Source: Octopus sinensis (Eukaryota). Taken from it: a stretch of 64,000 bases of DNA. The notes under the pieces were generated by a model. The model worked only from the letters and a program-made list of their open reading frames with translations, was not told where the DNA came from and did not search any database. Below, in pieces: positions 12,683-26,225 of the stretch. Every line of letters starts with the position of its first letter. Positions within the stretch are counted from its first letter, which is position 1. Position numbers and translations under genes: made by a program. The stretch lies in NCBI RefSeq assembly GCF_006345805.1, contig NC_043005.1, positions 99,138,001 to 99,202,000 of the forward strand. Direction: 5' to 3'.

Positions 12683-12927
12683 CATGTGTATCATTAATAT
12701 AATATCCAGACAGAATCAGTATACTGCACTGTGTGCCAGGGATGAGCTTTGACTTACTGCTACAACTCAGCTGATGAACTTCCGTACAGCTTTGGGTCGA
12801 CTCAAATCTTGTGAGTGAATCTGTATAGAAGTTCATCAGCTGAGTTGTAGCAGTAAGTCAAAGCTCAACCCTGACACACAATGTGCTATACTGATTCTGT
12901 CTGGGTATTATATTAATGATACACATG
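12683..12927. repeat. Long inverted repeat: 107-bp arms, 31-nt spacer
   Basis: 12683-12789 vs reverse complement of 12821-12927: 9 mismatches, no indels, 40-bp perfect block. Confidence 0.95.
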
Positions 12928-13169
12928 TCAGTGGAACACTCAACCACTAATATGCAAATTTAATGAGCATCTAATTCAAGTTTGAAAACTCATCTTTGAA
13001 ACAGCTTTCCAAATTGCATGGTTAGGACAGGTTGTCATGGTTGGATTCAGGGAAAGACTCCTAAGCTGACATGGTACTTTGTAATTATGAAACAAAGTGT
13101 GATTAATTAGGAAGAGAATTAGCATAGATGTGATATAGTTTGCTGTTGTGTCAGGAAGAATTATTACCA

Positions 13170-13500
13170 ATACTATTGTCTCAATGATGCAGTTGGGAAA
13201 AGCATTTGGCCAGGAGTAAGCCCTTACACCTGGCTTTAGCTAATCTATAGAAGACATTTTCCATACTCTGTGATCTGGTGTAACGAAGCCTGGAGTAGAT
13301 GAATGGCTTGTAAGAGTTAATCATTCTACTGATTATAGAGATATAGTCAGTAAGATGAGAATTATTTATGAGTAAAGCAATGAATTCAGTAAGAAAATAG
13401 GGTACATCAAGGCTCATCCTGGTGATCTGGTTCTTCTAGTTGAATCTATAACAGAATGAAATTCCAGTCACAGAAGCAAAACCTAGAGCCAAGAGGCTTC
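13170..13500 (+). pseudogene. Highly decayed RTE reverse transcriptase remnant
   Basis: Reads about LQEKHLARSKPLHLALANL.KTF, matching LQEKYLAKDKPLYIAFVDLEKAF of the 50 kb ORF; continues at about 14280-14640 (YDACV.SAMLH). Confidence 0.6.
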
Positions 13501-13750
13501 GTGATAAACTTATTTAAGAATAAAATGTTAGTAAGTAGGAGAGAAGATAGCACTCAGCTGTCATCAGAGAAAATGATGCTGCTCGGTGTATAAAAGAAAA
13601 GAATAAGTAAGAAGAAGCTCCAGACAGTGTACCGTGATTGAGATGCAAGAAGGGCAAAGTGAGATCCCAAGTAGGCCAACAAAGAGGGCAATAAAGATTG
13701 TCTCCAATGCTTAAACAGCTCTCTGGAAGTTATTGAAAGCTTTCGTTATT

Positions 13751-14150
13751 TACTCTTTTACTCTTTTACTTGTTTCAGTCATTTTGACTGCGGCCATGCT
13801 GGAGCACCGCCTTTAGTTGAGCAAATTGTCCCCAGGACTTATTCTTTGTAAGCCTAGTACTTATTCTATCGGTCTCTTTCACCAAACTGCTAAGTTATGG
13901 GGATGTAAACACACCAGCATTGGTTGTCAAGCGATGTTGGGGACACACACACACACAAACATACACACACACACAAACATACACACACATATACATATAT
14001 ATATATATGACGGGCTTCTTTCAGTTTCTGTCTACCAAATCCACTCACGAGGCTATAGTAGAAGACACTTGCCCAAGGTGCCATGCAGTGGGACTGAACC
14101 CAGAACCATGTGGTTGGTAAGCAAGCTATTTACCACACAGCCACTCCTGC
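13751..14150 (-). mobile_element. SINE family C
   Basis: Full head, internal CA/TA microsatellite and (ACTCTTTT)n tail on the plus strand. Confidence 0.9.
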
Positions 14151-14716
14151 CCCTATGTTTGTGGAACATAATTAGCTGTGACAGTGGGTATTCAGAGAAT
14201 ATAATATCCAGAGTAAGAATAATTGAAAATAGTTTAAGGAGTTTTTATCTCTGCTGGCAACAAAGGGTTTTCCCTTCAGAGTGAAGAGTATGATGCTTGT
14301 GTATGAAGTGCAATGCTGCATGATAGTAAAACTGAGCCTTGAATGTAGAGAAAAAGTAACCAGAGAGAATCAGAAATAATATACTCGAGAGAAGAGTGCA
14401 GCGGTATGGACATGTGATGCTGCATATTGAGGGGGATAACTTTATAAAGGAACGTTAAGCACTCAAAGTAAATGGAACCTGCTGAAGATGGAGACTGAGG
14501 AAGATTTTTGGGGGAAAAGTGGTGAAAACAGACCTGAAGCTGTTGCAACTGAGTAAGGAAATGACAGAGAATGGATTTAATTAGTGACAGACTGTGCAAG
14601 AGAACTGTACATTCAGGCATGTGAAAACGGATGTCAAAATTGTGTGTGTGTGTATATATATCTTGGGTTCTTAATAAAATGCAACCAGTTCACCCTACTT
14701 AGTGTATGGTATAGAG

Positions 14717-15390
14717 CAGTGGTTCTCAACTGGGGTCCATATGGCCCCTGAGGGTCTATATAAGCTTCTTGAAGGTCCATGCAACAAAATGATAAATTGG
14801 ATATCTACCATAGTATTTTAAGGGCCCCTGAAAAAATTGATTTAGTTGTATGTATTGGTATTTTTTGCAAGAAACAGCTAGGTTTCTTTCTCTAAGAATT
14901 TATATAGCTCAACCAACACAAGTTAATGAGTGAATTACAAAATAGGAATTTTGAAAGAAGTTTCTATAAAACTAATTTTTAAATGGAGGTGCAATGGCCC
15001 AGTGGTTAGGGCAGTGGACTCGTGGTCGGAGGATTGCGGTATTGATTCTCAGACTGGGCGTTGTGTGTGTTTATTGAGTGTAAACACCTAAAACTCCACA
15101 AGGCTCCAGCAGGGGGTGGTGGCGACCCCTGTTGTACTCTTTCATCCCAACTTTCTCTCACTCTTTCTTCCTGTTTCTTGGGTAATGCTGCAATGGACTG
15201 GTGCCCCATCCAGCTGGGGGGAACACATACACCATAGAAACCGGGAAACCGGGCTCATGAGCCTGGCTATGCTTGAAAAGGTCGAAAAAAGAAAGAAAGA
15301 AATTTTTAAACATTGAATGCCTGTGGGGGTCCAACAAATTAAAGTAGTAATCAAAGGAGTCTATAGATAAAAAATGATTGAGAACCCCTG
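14717..15390. mobile_element. hAT (Charlie/MER5-like) MITE with nested SINE
   Basis: Termini CAGTGGTTCTCAA / TTGAGAACCCCTG; exact 8-bp TSD GTATAGAG (14709-14716 and 15391-15398). Confidence 0.9.
14985..15295 (+). mobile_element. SINE family A (tail type 2) inside the hAT MITE
   Basis: GGAGGTGCAATGGCCCAGTGG head; AATTTTTAAA duplicated on both sides. Confidence 0.85.
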
Positions 15391-15639
15391 GTATAGAGGA
15401 TCCTTTATTTTTATCAAAGACATGACAAACTCCCTTGTTTTCCTGTCATGTAAAATATACTCAGTACATTTCATAAAGTAGTTGATATTAGGAATTATTA
15501 GAAAAGACATGCAAGTGTAGATAACAAGTCAAAAATGAAACTTATTTGTGGGATGTAGTTGTCTGACCCATTTAGGAATGCAAGAAGTATTCACATAGCT
15601 CATGCCAGCATAGAAAGCAGATGAGAAATGATGATGGTT

Positions 15640-16010
15640 TCAAGACCCTGGAAGACATAGGACAAAGTATTGAAGGCTGATTTCAAAATGCTGAGCCTTA
15701 CAACAGACCAAGATATGGGGTGCATTACTGTACTCAAGAAGATTTGCTCACCACAACAAAATTGGTATCTTAAAACCAAGGTGCCACATAAAAAGCATTG
15801 GTGTGGGTGTTGGTGCCACGTAAAGAAAAAAAAAACATTAGTGTTGGTGCCACGTAAAAAGCACCCAGTACACTCTGTAAAGTGGTTGGTGTTAGGAAGG
15901 ACATCCAGCTGTAAAAACCTGATGTGGTCCCTGGCCTTGTCAGTTTCTGTCAAACCGCCCAACCCATACCAGCATAGAAAACAGATGTTGAATGTCGATG
16001 ATGATGATGA
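15640..16010 (+). mobile_element. Decayed RTE 3' end
   Basis: KT.DKVLKADFKML remnant, TTAGGAAGGACATCCAGC and (GAT)n tail. Confidence 0.75.
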
Positions 16011-16464
16011 TCTTTCTCTCTCTCTCTTTCAAACACACACTCATACATACACTCACACATAATACTCGATTGACAATTATTTCATTGCCCCAGGAATCAC
16101 TCAATAGCATTCACAATAGTGTGGTTTGAAGTGTAGAATTTTTACTAATTAATTCAAAGCTGAAGTTTCTTTCTCTCCCTACTCTGAGTGTTTCTGTTTG
16201 ACCTTTTCCACAGTAATTCAAAGAATACGAAGGAAAGGAAATTGACTATCACCATAAATGAAATCCCTCGGTCACTGTGTCATACAAGGCATCTCAACTG
16301 TATTTATTGCTTCCTACTCTAAATAGCATCACAATAATTGCATAATGGCTGTGAGCCAATTTGAGTTACCTGCACCTACTTTGTTCAATCTTTCCAAGAA
16401 CAAAGACAGGATTAAGACAGTTGTTTAGAAATGGCCTCTTGCGACATTAACAATATTTGGGATA

Positions 16465-16722
16465 ATAGCTTCTTAGCCTTCAATTATATTTACATTAACA
16501 TTAAGGCTTCTTACAGTAATTATAGTGTCTCACCCTTCAGTTACACTTACTTTAGACTTCTTACAGAAATAATAATAACTTGTCATCCTTCAACTACACT
16601 TACATTAGGCTTCTTATAATAATAATAATAGCTTCTCACCCTTCAGGTACACTTACTCAAGGCTTCTTACAACAATAATAGCTTTCTACCCTTCAAATAC
16701 ACTTACTTTAAGCTTCTTACAG
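16465..16722. repeat. Degenerate ~53-bp minisatellite, 5 copies
   Basis: CCTTCA at 16477, 16534, 16587, 16640 and 16690, each followed by a TACACTTAC...GCTTCTTA-like motif. Confidence 0.8.
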
Positions 16723-19700
16723 TGTGTGCTTTTAATAAAATCACAAGAAGAAACTTTTGTTGGAGATTTCTGCTGTTTATCATCAATTAATTTCAGTTTG
16801 ATAATTTCCTCCATCAAACTACTTTTATCTATTTATCATTTCCAGACAGGCTTGTTCATTATGTTTCTCTTATATATTACCCCATTAATACTTTCCATAT
16901 TGCAAAGTCTTTCATGCAAGGCTTTTATTGTTAACAAGACATTTTACAATCTTATTTATCAAATCTATTCTACTTAATTCACTTTCATTCCCTCCTCACA
17001 TATTTCCTTTCCTATTCATTCATAAACTTGTCCATGTACACGCGTCTGCACACAAACACACATGCACACTCTCATACCAACACATATGCACACACATGCA
17101 TAGATACACACATATACATACAACTCTCTCTCTCTCCCCCCCTCTTCATTATAGTGCTGTCATTCCTTTTATGCTGCAATTCCTCATTATTTACCTGTCT
17201 TCATTAATGAATTAATACATTGTCATATCTTCCTCCCTCTATCTTCCCCTCCCTCATTCATTGCATTCTGTCATAATTTCTTATCTTCTTCTTCACCTCC
17301 TTCTCTCTCCTCATCTTCCCCATCTCCATCTCTCTTTATCCTTCTCCTCTCTCTCTCTCTCTCAATACTCTATTCTTCCTATCACTCTTTCTCTCCTATC
17401 TCAAACTTTTTACCCAAGACCAAATAATTTATGGATGATTTCTTAATGTCCATAGTTTCCTTTTCCCCAAAAGATTATCCAAATTACAAGAACAAAACAA
17501 TAAAATAAACTCACAAAAAACCACCACAAAACAATAAAAGACAACACCAGATGACGTGTGTATGGGGTGTCGTTAGCCTGTTCTTACCATTTTCTCCTAA
17601 TATATCATGCTGAAGACATGGTTTCCTAGAAAATATGACAGTGAAGCTATTTTCTGGAAACTTTGAAGATTTTGTTGATGATTGTTATTTTGATTGCTCA
17701 AAGTATTAACTTAGTTTATCTTTTAATGGTTTTACTAAAGCAGACAGTAAATGTAACGACATATTACAGATTGGTGTGTAGTAGGTGTGTAGTAGGTGTG
17801 TAGTAGGTGTGTAGTAGGTGTGCCAAATGAGAGATAGGAAATACATTTGGAGATGCGGGCAAGATAAAACATTTTATAATATTAATACTTGTAAAAGCCT
17901 TCTAGAGCCTCAAGGGTTCTGGAAGCTACTTTGCATAATTCCATAATTCTCTCCCAGTTTGATAGGGTATGAGACAAAAACATAATTTGTTTTTCATATC
18001 TGCTAATTATTCTTGATATCTAGTTTTATTGAAGCTACATAGAAATGTGTCTCCTGCTTAAGTAGTTAACAACATACCTGCCCAAGGATTTGAACTCAAC
18101 AAGCATTTTCACAGTTTCTAGAAATGGTATAACATGTCCCTGTCATAAGAGGTTTCTAAAAGGATTGATGTCAGGAAGGGCGACTAGCATAAAACTCTGT
18201 TGCAACAAAGTTCCAGCCAATCCATTCCAGCACAACAAAGTGGTTGGCATTTGAAAACTAATACAACACTCCTGCCCAATCAATGGCAATACAATAAAAT
18301 GCATAGAAATAGCAAATTATTGTAATGGGCTGCTATCAGTCCAACTCCTACCAGCATGGTAAAGTGGATAGTTAACAGTCATATACAATAAACCTATCCA
18401 ACACATGCCAGCATAGTAAAGTGAAAGGGGTTGGCTGTCCAGTATATTAGTCTCTTCCAACTCATGCGAGCATGGTTAACCAGATGAAGTTATTAGACCA
18501 ATACAGCATTTCCTCTCAAGTTTTCCCTTTGCATCGATAGGTAAATGGACAAGACTCTTAAATTAGAAAAGAGAAATGATTGGGAAGGGTGGCTAGTTGT
18601 TGTGAACTACCATCACTCATCTTCACCCGTTCCATAGTTTTTTTTCTCTTCATTGTTGAAATTATGGTATACAAACAAATATTCTCTTCTACTGGAATAT
18701 GAAGAAACCATAAGAGAGAGAGAGAGAGAGAGGCTTCAACCATCTTAATTCTCTATCAATGAGTCAACCTTAATGTGGCTACTTGATCTACTAGAAATAA
18801 CAACCAAGTTTCCTTCAAACCACAGTCTGCTGTCTTAAAAGGAGCTCCTCCTCCTCCTCCTCGCCACTGCTGTCGCCACCACCACCACGTATTTGTTTAG
18901 CTATAAATTCTCATCCAAAAGATTTGGGTTTGTATGCTGGAAAATATGATAAATGATTCAGAGAATTAAGTTTCAACCTTCTTTGTTTTAAGTTCGAATC
19001 CTACCAGAGTTAACCTTTGCTTTCCTTCTTTCTGGCATTAATAAAGTAAGAATTACTTTAAATGAAAGTTCTGTCATCTAGATTAATTTGCGTAACTTTG
19101 CAAACGATAATGGCATTAATTTCCTTGAAGTCTGCCATTAACTCCTGATAGAGCACAACTGTTAAAAGTGCAAGTTTACTTTTCGGCATTGACCGAAATA
19201 TAAAAGCATGCAAGTGAGAGGTGTTAACTGTTTCAACTATCAATAAATTCCATTTCAACACTGTAAGAGTATATGTAAAATAAATGGTTCTCTCTTTTAG
19301 TGTAAGGCATCAAACACCTTTAAAACAAAGTGCCAGTAATATTCTTTGGTAAATTTAAAACACTGCACATCCATTCTTAGAAATTCGGTGTTTTTCCCAT
19401 TAAAAGATATTGTTAAATGGCATGACTTTAAGAGGTGGAGGGAGAAAACAATAAAAGTGATAAAACATTGAAATAAAACACAAAAAGTTAAATTTTATAT
19501 CTCTACAATTTTCTCTCAGCTTTTCAACAGAAGAAAATGTGAAGTTTTGAAATATCTTTAACAATGTTTCTTTATTTCTTTTGTATAAATAAAGTTTTAC
19601 TGTCAGGAAGGTTAAAAGAAACAGCTATTTCAACATGAATCTCCTGGGCAACATAGATGTCAAATTTTACTCCAACTAAATTTTCAGTATCTTCTTTTAA

Positions 19701-19735
19701 CTTGAGTAGTTCTAGCTATAAATGTTGGCTACATA

Positions 19736-19809
<74 letters not shown>

Positions 19810-20095
19810 TGTGTGTGTGTGTAGCTGTAGCTAGGAAGAGATTTCACATAAATTTCTTATCAAATTCTATTACTTACGAGCGGAACAATTATTGTATTGG
19901 CAACAATATGCAATATAACTCCTCTGTGTGAGTGAGTGTGTGTGTATGTGTGCGTGTATGTGTATGTGTAAGAAAATTCACACACATACAATACGTATAC
20001 ATACATACACATGTATAAAACAATATTATGGCTGATCACTACAAGGAAGGGATAGGTTGGTAGATAATAAAAACGTCACCACTACCACCACTGTC

Positions 20096-20190
20096 ATCAT
20101 CACCACCTCCTCTAGTGTTACCGCTGCCACCACCGCCACTACCACGACCACCGCCACCACCACCACCACCACTATCACTACCACCACTTC
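20096..20190. repeat. (ACC)n-like trinucleotide repeat
   Basis: Directly visible; yields poly-T/poly-G/poly-V ORFs. Confidence 0.9.
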
Positions 20191-20405
20191 TGTAACGGTG
20201 AAACAAGATGGTTGCATGCTCTCTGAAAATAACATTATTTATGGTTACTAAAATTGTTTGGAAACATCTTTTATGTTGAAGCTTCACATCACATCAATGA
20301 TTCATGGATTCTCCATTGAATGGTTTCCTTTCAGTGAAGTAGTAAATATTACTGTTGTTGCTGTTGTTACCTTTACTTTCACCAGATACATATAAACACA
20401 CAGAC

Positions 20406-20436
<31 letters not shown>

Positions 20437-20563
20437 ATATACACACACACACATGTATGTGAGCGAGTGTATATATGCATGTTTGTGGAAGTGTGCTTAT
20501 ATACCTGTGTATGTAGGTATGTGTGTGTGTGTGAAGAGGTATACCTATATTCATACATCTCTT

Positions 20564-20606
<43 letters not shown>

Positions 20607-20768
20607 GAATGTATGTGTGTATATATTAAATGTATAGTGGTGCGTGCATTTATACACACACACACATATATATACTACATCTATATGAAGGTGTATGTTT
20701 ATACATTTGAGTGTATATAGGTGAATGCATGTTTATAAATTTGTGCAACTGTGTGTGTATGCATGTGA

Positions 20769-20823
<55 letters not shown>

Positions 20824-20824
20824 C

Positions 20825-20871
<47 letters not shown>

Positions 20872-21635
20872 CGTATATATATATATATATATACGTATAT
20901 ATATATGTATATATACATATACATATATATATACGCACACACACATACATGCATACACATACATACGTGTATATAAATATATATATATATCTGTGTGTGT
21001 GCATGTGTATGTGTGTATGCATGTGTGTGTGTGTGTCTGCATGTAGATGTGTGTCAGGTAATATATGTTGTAAATCTGTAGAGAAAGCAGCCAACCTTAC
21101 AGATTTGTTCTCTGGTCAAGAGAAAGCTTAACTTGCAGTAAAATCGTAAACAATATGCTCAGAGATTTTGGCAGTATGGGCAACATTATTGGATAGAAAT
21201 TAAGAAATCTCTGTGGTTCCTTACTTCATGTCAGTCAAATGCAATTGCCCAGTGACCATTGTAGCAGAATCTTGTAATAGTATCACTGAGTTAACGAGAT
21301 CCTGATGGTTATAAACTTAATTTCTCTTTTGTAAATATTTTGTTGAAATACGAGCAAGTTATAAATATGAACCAAGAATTCTTTTTCTTGTTGGCTATTT
21401 TATTTTGCTGATTTTCCTGTGTTTCCTCTTCATTTTTCTATGACAAAGTTGAAGAGGGCCGACACGCAGGAGAGGCAACTAGTTGTTATGCATGCATCCA
21501 AGGTTCAAATGGTTGGCATCTTGAAGTCACACAGAAAAATGACAAAAGGCTACAATGGAACAAATAATTTGGCCATCATCACAGCCGAGGAAGCAAGAGC
21601 AAGATCTACAACAACAAGAAAAGAATAGAAACAAC

Positions 21636-21856
21636 TACAAAAAGGTGCTGTAAAGTTCCTGGCTTTGGATAAAAAAAAATTCAGGAGGATCAATTAATAA
21701 AGATTTTACTCAACATATTCCTCTCTCAGATTCATGTACTTATTGCAGCAGTCCTCCAGTTTTTCTAAGCCCTGTAAAAGAACTCGGAAGGTTGGGCCTC
21801 CAGCTGGGCCTTTCATGATACCCTTAAGGCCAGGAACTTTTCAGAACCCATTCGTA
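21636..21856. mobile_element. Mariner-like MITE
   Basis: TIR GTGCTGTAAAGTTCCTGGCTT / AGGCCAGGAACTTTTCAGAAC; homolog at 33952-34166. Confidence 0.7.
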
Positions 21857-22602
21857 CCATTACAGAAGAAATAAAATGAAAGATATCATCATCATAATCA
21901 TCACCAGCATCAACAACAACAACAACAGTAGCATCAATCAGTTCCCTGGAAGTTCTTTGTTGTTGCTCAAAGGGATAGCAGTGAATTAATGGAGTTCATC
22001 CCCAAACACAGAGACATAAACAACACATGGAGCAGAAATAACTGAATTCCTCCTGAAGACACAGTCATAGACTTCTGATACAAACGGTACTAAGAGTGCT
22101 ACTTAAAAGTCCTGAAACAGGTCTCATGTGATGTGGTGGGGATTTTAGAAAAAAAAGGAAAAGAAAATTTCTCCTTGTTTTTGTTTTTTTTAATTACTAT
22201 ATTTTAATTATTTAAAATTTTTATATTTTATTTAAAGATAACCATTCTTATTTTGTTTTATTATTTTTGTAGATTTTCCCCCCTTCTAAATCAGTTTCTC
22301 TCTTGGTTAGATTAGTGTCAAGATTTTAAGGAAGATTAATGGAATTTGGTGGTGTCCAATGAGGATTGTTAATGGTGCAAAAAGGAAAATTCTTGCTTGC
22401 TAATTTCAGTTCTTGTTCAAATTGTCAAAGAAATTGATTTTGGTCTGTGGAAGAAATCTAGATATTCTACAAAAAGTGGTTGGTTCTAATTTGATAGGAA
22501 ATTTTGTATATATGCATGTTTGTGGAAGTGTGCTTATAAAGCTGTGTATGTAGGTATGTGTGTGTGAAGAGGTATACCTATATTCATACATCTCTCTCTC
22601 TC

Positions 22603-22769
22603 TCTACACTCTTTGAGTGGTTGGCGTTAGGAAGGACATCCAGCTGTAGAAACTCTGCCAGATCAGATTGGAGCCTGGTGCAGCCATCTGGTTCGCCAGT
22701 CCTCAGTCAAACCGTCCAACCCATGCCAGCATGGAAAGCGGACGTTAAATGATGATGATGATGATGATG
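22603..22769 (+). mobile_element. RTE 3' tail fragment
   Basis: Tail motifs and (GAT)n. Confidence 0.88.
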
Positions 22770-22874
22770 TAAGACCTTGGACATAGCATAGCTATTTGTT
22801 GAGTTATTTAGACAGTTGCTAGTGCAAAGAGTATGTAAACGAGCAGCTGATAAGGATAATTCCCAAGTGTTTAT

Positions 22875-23102
22875 TGCCTCATAGAACTGGTTTCCTCGTT
22901 TCTGTGGTACATATATTTCCCCCCTGGATGGGATGCCAGTCCAATGCAGGATTACTCACGTTTTTTCCAGTTGAGTGGACTGGAGCAATATGAAATGAAG
23001 TGTTTTGCCCAAGAATACAACACATCACTTGGTCCAGGAATCAAAAACCACAATCTTACAATTGTGAGTCCAACACCCTAACAACTAAGCCACGTTTCTC
23101 CA
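22875..23102 (-). mobile_element. SINE family D
   Basis: Reverse-complement homolog of 11978-12190. Confidence 0.75.
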
Positions 23103-23394
23103 CAAATGACTTGTAGATAGACAAGTATATCAGTACAGCTAGGTAGATAAAATGGTGCTACAATTTCACAAGTTAAAGGTATGTTATTTAGAATCTCCAT
23201 TTTAATACTCTTATTGTATAAAATAAGGGTGGTTAATAAAACTGGTGATAACATCACTTCTAGTACATATAATGTAGTGATCCAGACTATTTTAATCAAG
23301 TTTGTACCCTTAATTTGGAGAAAATGATCACTTCTGATCAAGAAAGGTAAGAAGACAACTCTGAAATTTCAATTAAGATTTATGGACAGCAGTT

Positions 23395-24057
23395 CTATAT
23401 GGCAGTGAGACGTGGACCCTGAATGTAAGGGACATGTGAAAGTTAGAAAGGAATGAGGCCAGTGTGCTCTGCTGGATGTGTAATGTAAGTGTAGATGTTC
23501 AACAGAGTACCAGTGTTCTGAGAGAGAAATTAGGCATAAGAGGAATTAGTTGCTGTGTGCAAGAAAAAGGACTTTGCTGGTTTGGTCATGTGATGCCAAC
23601 AGCTCCATAAGGAAGTGCCAATCTGTAAAAGTGGATGGAACACGTGGAAGAAGGACACCCAGGAAGACATGAGACAAAGTACTGAAGGATGACCTCAGGA
23701 TGCTGAACTTTTCAGGTGAGATGACAAAGGACCGAGACACCTGGCACCAGGCCACACTCCAGAAGACCTGTGCCCCACAGCAAAAGTGTTTAAGACCAAT
23801 CCTACTGGTGATGTAAAGCACTCACGGTGGTTCCACCAAAAAGTGCCTGTGCAATGCCATATGAAAGTACCTGTATGGTGCCACATAAAAACACACAGCA
23901 CACTCTGTAAAGTGGTTGTTGTTAGGAAGGGCTTCCAGTTGTAGGAACCATACCAATCAGACTGGAGTCTGGTGCAGCTTCCCAGTTTTCCAGTCCTGGT
24001 CAAACTGTCCAATCCATGCCAGCATGGAGGGGGCGGACATTAAATGATGATGATGAT
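23395..24057 (+). mobile_element. Older RTE 3' portion (ORF C-terminus and UTR)
   Basis: CNVSVDVQQSTSVLREKLGIRGI...WFGHVM...GRRTPRKT.DKVLKDDL, followed by tail motifs. Confidence 0.85.
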
Positions 24058-24062
24058 TATAA

Positions 24063-24221
24063 TGTGTGGTAAGTAGCTTGCTTACCAACCACATGGTACT
24101 GGGTTCAGTCCCACTGCATGACACTTTGGGCAAGTGTCTTCTACTATAGCCTCGGGCCAACCAAAGCCTTGTGAGTGGATTTGGTAGACGGAAACTGAAA
24201 GAAGCCCGTTGTATATATTTG

Positions 24222-24254
<33 letters not shown>

Positions 24255-24455
24255 TTGTGTGTCTGTGTTCGTCTCCACCAACATCGCTTGACAACCGATG
24301 CTGGTGTGTTTACATCCCTGTAACTTAGCAGTTCGGCAAAAGAGACCGATAGAATAAGTACTAGGCTTACAAAGAATAAGTCCTGGGGTTGATTTGCTCG
24401 ACTAAAGGCGGTGCTCCAGCATGGCCACAGTCAAATGACTGAAACAAGTAAAAGA
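24063..24455 (+). mobile_element. SINE family C
   Basis: Near-complete family C sequence directly after the RTE tail. Confidence 0.9.
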
Positions 24456-25097
24456 ATAATGATATAAAATCTTTTACCTTATATTTGCTTCAGTCGTTGG
24501 ACCTAGTATTTTCTGCCTTAAACCTGGTACTTATTCTATTGGTCTCTGTTGCTAAACTGATAAGTTACAGGAATGTAAATGAACCTATGTTGGTTGTTAA
24601 GCAATGGTGGGAGACAGACACACACACACCTGACATGCTTCTTTCAATTTCCATTTACCAAATCCACTCACAAGGTGCCACACAGTGGGAGAGAAACTAA
24701 AATCATTTAGTTGGGAAACCATGCCTGGGGAATGTGTAGAGAGCAAATCTAACAATTAGTTAGTACAGGTGTTAACTGTACTAACTTCAGTGTTATTACA
24801 CCTCCTTTGTGCAGAATTTACCTGTTCTACGAGATTTAAGATGACTGGGATGTGTTGGTGTTTCGTTATCTCCCCTGTCAGTGTATGAAAATGTGCTTCT
24901 TGTGGCTGTAAGGGCCTTTTAGCTTTTATTTCAAGCAATGTAGATTCTACCCTGCACCCTTAGTCACAACTAGTGACAAGTGAATTTTTCCTTTTCTGTT
25001 TCATACTGCATACAGCCACCTTCTTTATTTTATAATTTTCACATATAGCATTTTGCTGTATCAGTCATAAATCCATATGATAAATATACTGACAGTT

Positions 25098-25714
25098 GAG
25101 AGACCCTTGAAGACATGGGATGAAGTAGTCAAGCATGACCTTCGAATGTTGGGCCTCACAGAGGCAATGACAAAAGACTGAGATCTCTGGAGATATGCCG
25201 TGACTGCAAAGACCTGACAAAGAATGTGAGTTCATGGCTGCTTCCTGCACCAGTTTCACAAAGCCCCAGTCCATCCAAAGTACCTTGGATTGCAGAACAA
25301 CCTGCTGTGCTTACCTAGGATCATAGGGTGACCTTCTGTGCTTGAGGAGACCTATTGAGTCAAGTACATCAACATCAAAATAGATATCAAATGGAAATTG
25401 TAGATATGATGCCTGTGCTGGTGGCACGTAAAAAGCAACATCCGAACATGGCCAATGCCAGCGCTGCCTTGACTTGGCTTCTGTGCTGGTGGCACATAAA
25501 AAGCACCACCGCTCGTGGCCGCTGCCAGCCTCCCCTTGCACATAAAGGGCACCCACTACACTCACGGAGTGGTTGGCATTAGGAAGGGTATCCAGCTGTA
25601 GAAACACTGCCAGATCAAACTGGAGCCTGGTGCAGCCTCCTGGCTTCCCAGACACCGGTCGAACCATCCAACCCATGCTAGCACGGAAAACGGACGTTAA
25701 ACAATGATGATGAT
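25098..25714 (+). mobile_element. RTE 3' fragment
   Basis: RPLKTWDEVVKHDLRMLGLTEAM, UTR and (GAT)n. Confidence 0.9.
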
Positions 25715-25753
25715 ATATACATATATATATATATATATCATGAGAGAAAGAGA

Positions 25754-26095
25754 TCATCATCATCATCATCATCGTTTAACGTCCGTTCTCCATGCTAGCA
25801 TGGGTTGGACGGTTCAACCGGGGATCTGGGAAGCCAGAAGGCTGCACCAGGCTCCAGTCTAATCTGGCAATGTTTCTACAGCTGGATGCCCTTCCTAACG
25901 CCAACCACTCCGTGAGTGTAGTGGGTGCTTTTTACGTGCCACCTGCACAGGTGCCAGGTGAGGCTGGCAACGACCACGGTCGGATTGGTGTATTTTATGT
26001 GCCACCGGCACGGAAGCCAGTCGAGGCGGCGCTGGCATCGGCCACGAGTTGGATAGTGCTTTTTACGTACCACCAGACCAGGGATCCTGGCTGGT
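25754..26095 (-). mobile_element. RTE 3' UTR fragment, tail-to-tail with the previous copy
   Basis: (CAT)n CGTTTAACGTCCG... with hairpin units. Confidence 0.9.
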
Positions 26096-26225
26096 TCAGA
26101 TATTTAGTTAAAAATGTACTGATGGTGTGACATTTTAAAGCATATGTATATGTTTGGAAAATAATAAGAGTGTCTTAGTTCCTTTAAGAAACATTAAGGA
26201 ATCCTTATTAAAATAATAAGGTCTA

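Noticed and set aside
12770-12800. CTGATGA within the 12.7 kb hairpin arms as a hammerhead or C/D box
   Set aside because: No downstream GAAA or stem II, and the motif is buried in the duplex.
19057-19260. Minus-strand segment bounded by good acceptor (cttacag) and donor (gtaatt) sites, 204 nt long
   Set aside because: All three frames contain a stop inside the segment and I recognise no protein; at most a non-coding or terminal exon, unsupported without RNA data.
20039-20287. Gly-rich or Thr-rich ORFs
   Set aside because: Products of an (ACC)n repeat with no splice or codon support.
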